Assembly: GCF_965279155.1 (NCBI RefSeq)
Contig: NZ_OZ257138.1
Location: forward strand, 313,210 to 377,209
DNA from: Brevundimonas sp.
GTDB taxonomy: Bacteria; Pseudomonadota; Alphaproteobacteria; Caulobacterales; Caulobacteraceae
DNA: 64,000 nt
Direction of reading: 5' to 3'
Shown: piece after piece, positions 21,479 through 30,909 of the stretch
How the letters are laid out: each line of letters starts with the position of its first letter
How positions within the stretch are numbered: position 1 is the first letter of the stretch
Notes under the pieces: model-generated
Told to the model about the DNA's origin: nothing
The model's database searches: none
The model's input: only the letters and a program-made list of their open reading frames with translations
Position numbers and translations under genes: made by a program

Positions 21479-22087
21479 AGGCCGCTTCGGCGAGGATTTG
21501 AACGGGGTGCGACGCCTGCGCAAGGCGCGAGCTTGTGGATCGGAGACGATGAGATCGGCGTGGACATAGGGCGCGTCTTGCAGAACGGGATTTAGGACAA
21601 GCGTGTTCGGCCTCGCGCTTTCGCTGCGAAGTTATTGGAGGGCTGGGCGGAGCGCCGGGCCTTCGCCCGGAATGTGAGTTTGTAAGTACCGTTTCGACGA
21701 AGGGTATGACGCTCCGCGCGGAAGGTTGGCCTGCAAGCTCGGGGCGTCGAGTGGTGGCGGTCTTATCGCCTAACCCCATAAGCCTGCGACGGGTCGGCGA
21801 GGTCTGCGAAACCCCGTCCCGAGTGCGATCGAGTATCCCCCTCGACGCTCCGACGGCGTTCGCCGCCGGCGCGAGCCGTTTCAGACCCGCTCCCGTTCCA
21901 TCCGCTCCCGCCGCCGCAAGGTCGCAGGCCAAGCGAGCCCTCCGGGCGACGGGACGGGTGTAGAATACGCGCGTTTCCAAGGGGGAATGGGAGAAGGGGG
22001 ACATAATTCGGCAAGCGATTGAAATCGCTGGGAATGAACTAGCATCATTGTGATGGCTGGCGCGCGATTCACGTCTCTCTACACCCG

Positions 22088-22221
22088 TCATCCTCGGCCT
22101 TGTGCCGAGGACCCACCCGTCCGCTGCGCGATCAACAGGCGGGGCGCACGAAGCGTTATGCGCCTTCTTTTCACGTTCGATTCCGCCTTACCGTGGGTCC
22201 TCGGCACAAGGCCGAGGATGA
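22088..22221. repeat. REP/RPE-like element with 29-bp perfect terminal inverted repeats
   Basis: tcatcctcggccttgtgccgaggacccac (22088-22116) and its exact reverse complement (22193-22221); each arm is itself a hairpin. Confidence 0.85.
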
Positions 22222-22312
22222 AAAGAGGGCGAGGCGCCTCCTGTGGGACTTTGAGGCCCCCTTCGCCCCTACGCGGTCCCACTCCCTGCAAAGCGGGGAG
22301 GAGACGGGAGCG

Positions 22313-23725
22313 TTAGAACAGAACGGCCGGGTTCATGATCCGCTTGGGGTCGATGGCGCGGCGGATGGCGGCCATGGTTTCGATCTCAACGGGGGATTTG
22401 TAGCGTTTGACCTCTTCGGTCTTGAGCCGGCCCAGGCCGTGTTCGGCCGAGATCGAGCCGTCGTAGGTTCCGACAACGTCGTGAACGACTTGCGAGCCTT
22501 CCTTCCAGAGACCGATGAAGGCGGGGATGTCCTGACCGAAGCCCGGCAGGATGTCGTAGTGCAGATTACCGTCGCCGACGTGGCCGAAGACCGAGATGCG
22601 GGCGCCGGGGTGGAAGCGTTCGACGGCGGCCGAGGCTTCGTCAATGAATTCGGCGATGCGGCTGATGGGGACGGAGACATCGTGTTTCCAGCCGCCGCCC
22701 TCGGGCTTCAGGGCCGCCGAATGTTCTTCGCGCAGACGCCAGAAAGCGGCGCGCTGGGCGTCGTTCTGGGCGATGGCGGCGTCGGTGATCAGGCCTTCCT
22801 CGAAGGCGACTTCCAGCAAGGCCTCCATCTGGGCCTCGGCGCCGCCCGGCGTGCCCGAGGCGATCTCGATGAGAACATACCAGTCGGGCGTCGAGTCCAG
22901 AGGTTCGCGGGTGTCGGGGATGTTCTTGAGCACCAGCGCCATGCCCAGACGCTTCATCAGCTCGAAGGCCTCGACCCCGCCGCCGGTCTCGGCCTTGGCG
23001 CGGGCCAGCAGTTCGACCGAGGCGGCGGCCGTCTCCAGGCCGACGATGGCGACGGCGCGCGACCGCATGATCGGGAACAGTTTCAGGGTGGCGGCGGTGA
23101 CGACGCCTAGCGTGCCCTCGGCGCCGATCAGCAGCTGTTTCAGGTCATAGCCGGTGTTGTCCTTGCGCAGCCGCTTCAGGCCGCGGAAGATTTCGCCGTT
23201 GGGCAGGACAGCCTCGATGCCCAGGACCAGATCGCGCATCATGCCGTAGCGGAGCACCTGGGTGCCGCCGGCGTTGGTGGAGATGACGCCGCCGATGGTG
23301 GCAGACCCCTCGGCCGCCAGACTGAGCGGGAAATAGCGGCCGGCCGCCGTCGCCGCCTGTTGCGCCTCGAACAGGGTCAGGCCGGCCTCGACCGTCATGG
23401 CGTCGTCCAGCGGGGTCACGTCGCGGACGGCTCGCATCTTGCGCGTCGAGAGCAGAACTTCGCCGAAGGGGATTTGGCCGCCGACCAGGCCCGTTCCTCC
23501 GCCATGAGGTGTGATGGCGACGCCTTCGCGCGCGCAGATCGTCACGGCCTTCGCCGTTTCCTCGACTGAACGCGGGGTCAGCAGGATCGGCGTATTGCCG
23601 GTCCAGCGATTGCGCCATTCGGTGAGCGACGGGGCGATGACGTCGGGATCCTGGGTCCAGCCGCCCGGACCCAGCGCGGCCTTCAGTTCATCGAGCACGG
23701 CGGAGGAGGGGGCGGGCGTCTGCAT
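22313..23725 (-). CDS. FAD-binding oxidoreductase (D-2-hydroxyacid dehydrogenase, GlcD/Dld family)
   Basis: PHGGGTGLVGG, TIGGVISTNAGG, KDNTGYDLK, GHVGDGNLH, ISAEHG. Confidence 0.9.
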   Translation of the reverse strand: MQTPAPSSAVLDELKAALGPGGWTQDPDVIAPSLTEWRNRWTGNTPILLTPRSVEETAKAVTICAREGVAITPHGGGTGLVGGQIPFGEVLLSTRKMRAVRDVTPLDDAMTVEAGLTLFEAQQAATAAGRYFPLSLAAEGSATIGGVISTNAGGTQVLRYGMMRDLVLGIEAVLPNGEIFRGLKRLRKDNTGYDLKQLLIGAEGTLGVVTAATLKLFPIMRSRAVAIVGLETAAASVELLARAKAETGGGVEAFELMKRLGMALVLKNIPDTREPLDSTPDWYVLIEIASGTPGGAEAQMEALLEVAFEEGLITDAAIAQNDAQRAAFWRLREEHSAALKPEGGGWKHDVSVPISRIAEFIDEASAAVERFHPGARISVFGHVGDGNLHYDILPGFGQDIPAFIGLWKEGSQVVHDVVGTYDGSISAEHGLGRLKTEEVKRYKSPVEIETMAAIRRAIDPKRIMNPAVLF

Positions 23726-23773
23726 GCCCCCTTTTGTCAGGCGGCGTCGTTCGGTGGAAGAGCCGCGAAGGCC

Positions 23774-25855
23774 TCAGACGTCGAGTTCTTCTTTCACGAA
23801 CTGCGCGTTTTCCTGAATGAACTGGAAACGGGCGTCGGCGCGCTTGCCCATCAGGCGTTCGACCAGGTCCTCAATGTCGGTCTCGGCGTCCGGCACGGTG
23901 ATCCGGGCCAGGGTGCGCTTCTTGGGGTCCATGGTGGTCTCCTTCAGCTGGGAGGCCATCATTTCGCCCAGGCCCTTGAACCGGCCGATCTCGGTCTTCT
24001 TGCCCTTGAAGACGGTGGCCATCAGCTCGTCGCGGTGGGCGTCGTCGCGGGCGTATTCGCTCAAGGGGCCGGCGCTGATGCGATAGAGCGGCGGCAGGGC
24101 CATGAAGACCCGACCCTGGCGGATGGTTTCGGGCATGACGCGGTAGAAGAAGGTGATCAGGAGGGCCGCGATGTGGGCGCCGTCCACGTCGGCGTCGGTC
24201 ATGATGACGATCCGCTCGTAGCGCAGGTCGTCGATATTGAACCGATTGCCCGGCTGGACGCCCATGGCGAGCGCCAGGTCGGACAGTTCTACGTTCTGGC
24301 GCAGCTTGTCCGCCGTGGCCGAGGCGACGTTCAGGATCTTGCCGCGCAGGGGCAGGATGGCCTGGGTCGTGCGGTCGCGCGCCTGTTTGGCCGAGCCGCC
24401 GGCCGAATCGCCTTCGACGATGAAGAGCTCGGTCCCCTGGGCCGACTGGCGGCTGCAATCCGACAGCTTGCCCGGCAGGCGCAGCTTGCGGGTGGCGGCG
24501 GCGCGCTGGACCTCCTTGTCCTTGCGGCGACGCAGGCGGTCCTCGGCGCGGTCGACGACGAATCCAAGCAGGGCGTTGGCCTGTTTGGGGCTTTCGGTCA
24601 GCCAGTGGTCCAGCGGGTCACGGAGCAGTTGCTCCACGATGCGCGTGCCCTCGGGCGAGGATAGACGGTCCTTGGTCTGGCCCTGGAACTCGGGATTGCG
24701 GATGAAGACGCTGATCAGGGCGCCGGCGTTGGCGATGACGTCCTCGGCCGTGATGATGGCGGCGCGCTTCTCGTTGGTCAGTTCGCCGTAGGATTTCAGA
24801 CCCTTGACCAGAGCGGCGCGGAAGCCGGCCTCGTGCGTGCCGCCGTCGGGGGTGGAGACGGTGTTGCAGTAGGACTGGATGAAGCCGTCGGATTCGCCGA
24901 AGCCGATGGGCGACCAGGTGACGGCCCATTCGAAGGCGCCCGCCTCGCCCTGGCGCTCGGCGCGGCCGGCGAAGGTGGGGGTGACGGTGTCCAATTCGCC
25001 GATCCGGTCGACCAAGGCGTCGGCCAGGCCACCGGGGAAGTGCAGGCTGGCCTGGGTCGGGGTGGCGTCGGTGATCCGCTCGGGCGCGCAGGTCCACCGG
25101 ATCTCCACGCCACGGAACAGATAGGCCTTGGAGCGGGCCATACGGAACAGACGGGCGGGTTTGAAGGCCGCGCCCATGCCGAAGATTTCGTCGTCGGGCT
25201 TGAAGCGGATCAGGGTGCCGCGCTTCTTGGATGGGCCGATCTGCTGGATGGGGGCCAGGACGGCGCCGCGGCTGAAGGCCTGTTTCCATTCGAAGCCGTC
25301 GCGCCAGACGGTGACCTCGACGCTTTCGCTGAGCGCATTGACGACCGAGACGCCGACGCCGTGCAAACCGCCTGAAGTTTCATAGGCCTTGCCGGAGAAC
25401 TTGCCACCTGAGTGGAGGACGGTCATGACCACTTCCAGCGCCGACTTGCCGGGGTGTTTGGGGTGCGGATCGACCGGGATGCCGCGGCCGTCGTCACGCA
25501 CCGACAGATAGCCCTCGGCGTCCAGATCCACGGTGATCAGCTTGGCGTGTTTGGCCACCGCCTCGTCCATGGCGTTGTCCAGGACTTCGGCGAACAGGTG
25601 GTGCAGGGCGCGCTCGTCGGTGCCGCCGATATACATGCCGGGGCGTTTGCGGACGGGCTCCAGCCCCTCCAGCACCTCGATGGAGGAGGCCGAATAGGCG
25701 TTGGCGCTGCCGGCCGTCGGCGCAGCGGCTGCGGTCGGGGTAGGGGATGGCGCAGGCGCGGGCGGCGCCTCGGGCGGTTTCACGGCCACGGGTTTGGGAG
25801 GCTCGGGTTTGCGAGCTTCGGGTTCGTCATCAAAAGCGAAGAGGTCGGCGGCCAT
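23774..25855 (-). CDS. parE: DNA topoisomerase IV subunit B
   Basis: EGLEPVRKRPGMYIG, GGLHGVGVSVVNALS, VEGDSAGGSAK, PLRGK, MTDADVDG, GRFKGLGEM. Confidence 0.95.
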   Translation of the reverse strand: MAADLFAFDDEPEARKPEPPKPVAVKPPEAPPAPAPSPTPTAAAAPTAGSANAYSASSIEVLEGLEPVRKRPGMYIGGTDERALHHLFAEVLDNAMDEAVAKHAKLITVDLDAEGYLSVRDDGRGIPVDPHPKHPGKSALEVVMTVLHSGGKFSGKAYETSGGLHGVGVSVVNALSESVEVTVWRDGFEWKQAFSRGAVLAPIQQIGPSKKRGTLIRFKPDDEIFGMGAAFKPARLFRMARSKAYLFRGVEIRWTCAPERITDATPTQASLHFPGGLADALVDRIGELDTVTPTFAGRAERQGEAGAFEWAVTWSPIGFGESDGFIQSYCNTVSTPDGGTHEAGFRAALVKGLKSYGELTNEKRAAIITAEDVIANAGALISVFIRNPEFQGQTKDRLSSPEGTRIVEQLLRDPLDHWLTESPKQANALLGFVVDRAEDRLRRRKDKEVQRAAATRKLRLPGKLSDCSRQSAQGTELFIVEGDSAGGSAKQARDRTTQAILPLRGKILNVASATADKLRQNVELSDLALAMGVQPGNRFNIDDLRYERIVIMTDADVDGAHIAALLITFFYRVMPETIRQGRVFMALPPLYRISAGPLSEYARDDAHRDELMATVFKGKKTEIGRFKGLGEMMASQLKETTMDPKKRTLARITVPDAETDIEDLVERLMGKRADARFQFIQENAQFVKEELDV

Positions 25856-27176
25856 TCACATAGTCTGAGGCGATTCGGGACCGGGTCTGGTAGGCCCGTG
25901 AGGCCGGTCGAGCAAGCGGCGCGCGAACAGGGGCCGGATCGAAGGTCACGGCGCGGGCCATGATCGCCAGCATCAGGATCCACGGCAGGTTGGCGTGGGT
26001 CAGCAGGACGCTCTCCGACAGACTCAATGCCGTGAACACGGTCAGATAGGCGATGCTCCAATACCCTTCGCGCGCGCCCTGGCCGTTCAGCCGCGCGACG
26101 ATCAGGATCGCAGAGATTCCCATGACGGCGCCGACAGCAACCGCGCCGGGCCAGCCCAACTGGACCAGCAGGTCGATCCAGCCGTTGTGCGCGGACGGCA
26201 CGGGCCACTGGGTCTCGATGCGAATTTCGCGTGCGGGGATGGAGTCCACGCCCCAGAACGCGCTGAAGCCGTAGCCGGTCCAGGGACGCTCGGCGACCTT
26301 TCGCATTAAAGCTTCCCAGATCAGGGTGCGGCCGGTCAGTGATGGGTCCTTGCCCAGGGCTTCCAGGATCGCCGCCGAATCCGAGTTCCACAGCCAGGTC
26401 GCTGCCGCCGCTGTCACGACGCCCAACCAGATCCCGGCGACCGTGATCACCGCGCCGCCCTGTTTCAGCGTCCACCAGCCCCCCACCATGCCCAGGCCCA
26501 GGCCCCAGCACAGCAGCGATGTCTTCGATTGGGTGGCGAGCACCAGGAGCGTGGTGAGGCCCAAGGTCAGCAGGCAAACCCAGAAACGGTTGCTGCGCCC
26601 GGCGATATGATCGGCGGCCAGGGTCGCGGCGGCCGAAACGGCGCCGATCACCATGACCAGACCCATCTGGTTCTTCTCGTACCAGAGGCCGCGCCAAAGG
26701 CCGGCGTTGTCGAACTGATGCACGCCCACCTTGGGATAGCCGAACACCATGAGAAGGCTGCCGATCGCCATCACCAGGCCGGTGTACATCAGGACGCGCG
26801 GTAGGGCGTCGTCGCGGAATCGGGCGCCCAGATAGATGGCGAAGGCGCTGTTGATGGCCATGGCGATCACGCGGCGCTCGGTCACGCCGGGGTCGATGGA
26901 CCAGTATTTCGACACGAAACACAGGGCGACCAGGCCGAACATCATCAGCCAGGCCGGCCAGGCCCGAATGACCTTGTCGAAGCGAAACACGATCAGGCCG
27001 GCGATGACGGCGTAGACCGGCAACCAGATGAACCGCAGGATCGGCGTCTCGACCTGGGTCGGGGCGATGACGGGGGCGATCAGAGCGCCGGTCAGCATGA
27101 AGACGACGAAGCCGGCCGCCCACTGTTCCCACAGCGGCGGCGAATCATCCTGAATCTGAACGGGCGGTTCGCGCAC
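25830..27176 (-). CDS. O-antigen ligase/Wzy-family polysaccharide polymerase (HfsC/HfsI-like)
   Basis: Multi-TM; WRGLWYEKN, SKTS, GKDPSLTGRT, AHNGWIDL. Confidence 0.8.
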   Translation of the reverse strand: MREPPVQIQDDSPPLWEQWAAGFVVFMLTGALIAPVIAPTQVETPILRFIWLPVYAVIAGLIVFRFDKVIRAWPAWLMMFGLVALCFVSKYWSIDPGVTERRVIAMAINSAFAIYLGARFRDDALPRVLMYTGLVMAIGSLLMVFGYPKVGVHQFDNAGLWRGLWYEKNQMGLVMVIGAVSAAATLAADHIAGRSNRFWVCLLTLGLTTLLVLATQSKTSLLCWGLGLGMVGGWWTLKQGGAVITVAGIWLGVVTAAAATWLWNSDSAAILEALGKDPSLTGRTLIWEALMRKVAERPWTGYGFSAFWGVDSIPAREIRIETQWPVPSAHNGWIDLLVQLGWPGAVAVGAVMGISAILIVARLNGQGAREGYWSIAYLTVFTALSLSESVLLTHANLPWILMLAIMARAVTFDPAPVRAPLARPASRAYQTRSRIASDYVNGRRPLRF

Positions 27177-27199
27177 CGGCGCACAGTCCTTTACGGCGC

Positions 27200-28378
27200 T
27201 TAAGGAACCGTGAGTGCGGCGTTGAAAGCGGCGAGGCCCCGTTCCAGATCGACGATCAGGTCGGCGGGGTCTTCCAGTCCGACATGAATGCGGATCAGTT
27301 CGCCCTCCAGCACGGGCGGGTGGTCGCGATAGGCCATCTGATGCGTCTCGTGGGTGATCAGACTTTCGAACCCACCCCAGGAATAGCCCAGCCCAAACAA
27401 GGTGAGGGCGTTCAGGAAGGCCTCGCCCGCCGGCTTGTCGCCGCCCTTCATGACCAAGCCCATCAGGGACGCCGCGCCTGTGAAATCCCGCCGCCACAGA
27501 TCATGGCCGGTCGAGCCGGGCAGGGGCGGGTAGAGGACGCGGGAAACCTCGGGCCGCGTTTGGAGCCATTCCGCGACGATCAGGCCTGACCGCGCCTGTT
27601 CTGCATAGCGCAGCGGCAGGGTCCGCAGGCCGCGCAGCGCCAGCCAGGCATCGTCGGGCGACACATGCCAGCCCAGGTCCTCGATCGTGTCGCCTATGGC
27701 GCGCAGGCAGGCGGGATCATTGGCGGCGATGCTGCCCATCAGCACGTCCGAGTGTCCGCCGACATATTTGGTGACGGCCTGGACGCTGACATCCACGTCA
27801 TGGGCCAGCGGGCGGTAGGCCAGACCGGCGGCCCAGGTATTGTCGACAACCGTCAGGATGCCGCGCGTGCGGCAGGCCCGGGCCACGGCGACGACATCGA
27901 CCATTTCGAACGTCAGGGACGACGGCGACTCCATCAACACCAGTCGGGTCTGGTCGCCCAGGGCCGCGACAATGGCGGAAGCATCTGCATCGGCAGGAAG
28001 GAACCGAGTCGTGACGCCGCGTGCGGCCTGATAGCGGCTGAGGAAGCGGCGCGTGGGGCCATAGACGGCGTCCGTGGTGATCACCTCGTCGCCCGGCCGC
28101 AGCAGGGCCAGGAGCGGAACGGTGACGGCCGCCAGGCCGGAGGGGACCAGAAAGGCGTCCTTCGCCCCCTCCAGATCGGCCAGAGCCCGTCGGAGATCGC
28201 GCGCCGCACTGGTGCCGCTGAGCCCATAGCTCGGACCGCCTGTCTCGTCGCGCATGACGCCGGCCGTGTCGCTGAGCATGGTCGAGGCGCGTTCGATGGG
28301 CGGGTTCACACCCCGCCGCCCTTGCCCCCGACGTGTTGCGGCGGCGATCAGGCGGGTGCGGTCCGAATGCGGCGACAT
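27200..28378 (-). CDS. metC: Cystathionine beta-lyase
   Basis: VNPPIERAST, YGPTRRF, VDNTWA, TKYVGGHSD PLP lysine, FGLGYSWGG. Confidence 0.9.
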   Translation of the reverse strand: MSPHSDRTRLIAAATRRGQGRRGVNPPIERASTMLSDTAGVMRDETGGPSYGLSGTSAARDLRRALADLEGAKDAFLVPSGLAAVTVPLLALLRPGDEVITTDAVYGPTRRFLSRYQAARGVTTRFLPADADASAIVAALGDQTRLVLMESPSSLTFEMVDVVAVARACRTRGILTVVDNTWAAGLAYRPLAHDVDVSVQAVTKYVGGHSDVLMGSIAANDPACLRAIGDTIEDLGWHVSPDDAWLALRGLRTLPLRYAEQARSGLIVAEWLQTRPEVSRVLYPPLPGSTGHDLWRRDFTGAASLMGLVMKGGDKPAGEAFLNALTLFGLGYSWGGFESLITHETHQMAYRDHPPVLEGELIRIHVGLEDPADLIVDLERGLAAFNAALTVP

Positions 28379-28458
28379 GGCGTTTCCGATGGGTTGCGGA
28401 TCGGGCCCTAAAGGCCTCTAAAGCCAGCGGGGCGCAAGCGGCGAGGGATAGGAACGCG

Positions 28459-29550
28459 ATGCGGTGCTGGATGATCGGAGCGATGGCGGCGGTGCTGCTG
28501 ACGGCCGCGTGCGGGCGGCAGGACGCCGATCCGACGCCGGAGACGACCCCTGTCGCACCGACCGCGACCACGCCCAGCGCCGTTCCCGAAAGCCCGACCC
28601 TGGCGGCGATCAAGCGACGCGGCCGCCTGAACTGCGGCGTGCATCAGGGACTGGTCGGGTTCGCCTATACCGACAATCGCGGTCAGTGGCGCGGGTTCGA
28701 CGTGGACTTCTGCCGCGCCACGGCGGCAGCCGTGCTGGGCGATGCGAATGCTGTTCGGTTCGTGCCCTTGTCGGCGTCGGATCGGTTCACAGCGCTGAAC
28801 GACGGCAGGATCGACGTGCTGTGGCGCAACTCTTCCTGGACCATGAGCCGCGACGCCGGCGAGGGGTTCGTCTTCGCCGGCATCAACTATTACGACGGCC
28901 AAGGCTTTCTGGTCCGGCGATCGCTGAACCTGAACAGCGCGACGGAGCTGAACGGCGCGCGGGTCTGCGTGCAGTCCGGCTCGACCTCGCAGGTCAACGC
29001 CGCCGACTATTTCCGGTCGCGTGGCATTGAATATCGGCCTGTCGTCTTCGAAACCGAAGAGGCGGCGCGCGACGCCTATGGCCGCGAGGATTGCGACGCC
29101 TTCAGCGCCGACATCTCCGCTTTAGCCGCAGCCCGGACCGTTCTGACCAACCCCAACGAACATGTGATCCTGTCGGACGTGGCGTCCAAGGAGCCGCTGG
29201 GGCCGGTCGTCAAGGCGGGCGACGAGCGTTGGGCCTCTACCGTGCGCTGGACCCTGAACGCCCTGATGCTTGCCGAGGAGCTGGGGGTGACCAAAGCCAG
29301 TGTGGAGGCTCAGTCCAAGACTGCGACGGACCCGCGCGTGCGGCGTTTGCTGGGCGTCGAGGGCGAGTTCGGCCCCATGCTGGGCTTATCCAAGACCTGG
29401 GCCAGGGACGCCGTCGGGGCGGTCGGCAATTACGGCGAGATCTTCGAGCGGAACCTGGGGGCGCAATCGGCGCTCGACCTGGCGCGCGGTTTGAACGCAC
29501 AATGGAACGCGCGTCCGGCCGGCTTGATCTATGGTCTGCCGATCCGATAA
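28459..29550 (+). CDS. AapJ/BztA-like amino-acid substrate-binding lipoprotein
   Basis: Lipobox LLTAAC; LNCGV, GFDVDFCRA, YYDGQGF, SKEPLGP, VGNYGEIFERN. Confidence 0.85.
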   Translation: MRCWMIGAMAAVLLTAACGRQDADPTPETTPVAPTATTPSAVPESPTLAAIKRRGRLNCGVHQGLVGFAYTDNRGQWRGFDVDFCRATAAAVLGDANAVRFVPLSASDRFTALNDGRIDVLWRNSSWTMSRDAGEGFVFAGINYYDGQGFLVRRSLNLNSATELNGARVCVQSGSTSQVNAADYFRSRGIEYRPVVFETEEAARDAYGREDCDAFSADISALAAARTVLTNPNEHVILSDVASKEPLGPVVKAGDERWASTVRWTLNALMLAEELGVTKASVEAQSKTATDPRVRRLLGVEGEFGPMLGLSKTWARDAVGAVGNYGEIFERNLGAQSALDLARGLNAQWNARPAGLIYGLPIR

Positions 29551-29583
29551 GCGCCGACGTTTGTATCGCTTCCTGGGGGATAG

Positions 29584-30906
29584 ATGACCGAGACGAAACG
29601 TGGCGGCCTCGCGCTGCACTGGCTGATGCTGATCGGTTTCGCCGTGGGTCTGGGCGGCGGTTTGATCGTCAATCTGACGCTGGGCGCCGACACGGGCTGG
29701 GTCGTCTGGCTGACGGACAACGTCACAGGGCCGCTGGGTCAGATCTTCCTGCGCCTGCTGTTCATGATGGTCATCCCCCTGCTGTTCTCGGCCCTGGTGG
29801 TCGGGGTGGCCGAGATGGGCGACCTCAGCTCGCTGGGGCGGGCGGGGATCAAGACCCTGATGCTGACGATCCTGGTGTCCAGCATCGCCGTGGTGATCGG
29901 CCTGGTGATGGTCAATGTGTTCCAGCCCGGACGGGGCGTCGATCCCGTGCTGGCGCAACAGCTGCTGGAGCAGGGCCGCGATGGCGCGGCCGGCATCGTG
30001 CGCGGGGCGCCCGAGACCATCCAGCTTGGCGACTTCTTCCTGGAGCTGATCCCGTCGAACGTCTTCACGGCGGCGGCCGAGAACCAGATCCTGCCGGTGA
30101 TGGTGTTCGCCCTGTTCTTCGGCATCGGCCTAGTGATGGCCAAGTCACCCGCCACCGACCGGCTGCAGCAGGTCATCGAGGGCATGTTCGAAGTCACGAT
30201 GAAGCTGATCAACCTCTTCATCAAACTGGCCCCCATCGCCATCGCCTGCCTGATGTTCAACCTGGCGGCTCTGTTCGGATGGGATCTGCTGGTGCGGCTG
30301 GCGGCCTATGTGGGTGTCGCCGTGGGCGCCATGGCGATCCATATGTTCGTGGTCTATCCGCTGGTGATCTGGATCCTGGGCGGCCGTTCGCCCATCGCCT
30401 TCTTCAAGGGCGTGCGCGAGCCGATGGTGGTGGCCTTCTCGACCGCCTCGTCCAACGCCTCGCTGCCGGTGTCGCTGAAGGCGGCCGAGAAAGAGTTGAA
30501 ACTGCCGCGCAAGATCGCCCGGTTTGTCCTGACCGTGGGCGCCACCGCCAACCAGAATGGCACGGCCCTGTTCGAGGGCGTGACGGTGCTGTTCCTGGCG
30601 CAGTTCTTCGGCGTCGATCTAACGATCACCCAGCAGGTCATCGTCATGCTGGTGTGCATACTGGGCGGGATCGGCACGGCGGGTGTGCCCGCCGGTTCGC
30701 TGCCGGTCGTGGCGATGATCCTGGTGATGGTGAAAGTGCCGCCCGAAGGGATCGGCCTGATCCTGGGCGTGGATCGCTTCCTGGACATGTGCCGTACGAC
30801 GCTGAACGTCACCGGCGATCTGGTCTTGGCGACCGTGGTGTCGCGTGGCGAAGAGGATGACACTGTCGAAGCGGACGATGTCGTGCCCGTAGCGCCGCCG
30901 GCCTGA
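29584..30906 (+). CDS. Dicarboxylate/amino acid:cation symporter (DAACS)
   Basis: AFSTASSNASLP, GATANQNGTAL, GVDRFLDMCRT. Confidence 0.92.
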   Translation: MTETKRGGLALHWLMLIGFAVGLGGGLIVNLTLGADTGWVVWLTDNVTGPLGQIFLRLLFMMVIPLLFSALVVGVAEMGDLSSLGRAGIKTLMLTILVSSIAVVIGLVMVNVFQPGRGVDPVLAQQLLEQGRDGAAGIVRGAPETIQLGDFFLELIPSNVFTAAAENQILPVMVFALFFGIGLVMAKSPATDRLQQVIEGMFEVTMKLINLFIKLAPIAIACLMFNLAALFGWDLLVRLAAYVGVAVGAMAIHMFVVYPLVIWILGGRSPIAFFKGVREPMVVAFSTASSNASLPVSLKAAEKELKLPRKIARFVLTVGATANQNGTALFEGVTVLFLAQFFGVDLTITQQVIVMLVCILGGIGTAGVPAGSLPVVAMILVMVKVPPEGIGLILGVDRFLDMCRTTLNVTGDLVLATVVSRGEEDDTVEADDVVPVAPPA

Positions 30907-30909
30907 GAT

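Noticed and set aside
21600-22000. RNase P RNA or two-piece tmRNA
   Set aside because: No GAGGAAAGTCC or terminal P4 motif. The ataacttcgc resemblance to a tmRNA tag frame gives NNFAAKARGRTRLS, with no AA terminus and no tRNA-like ends.
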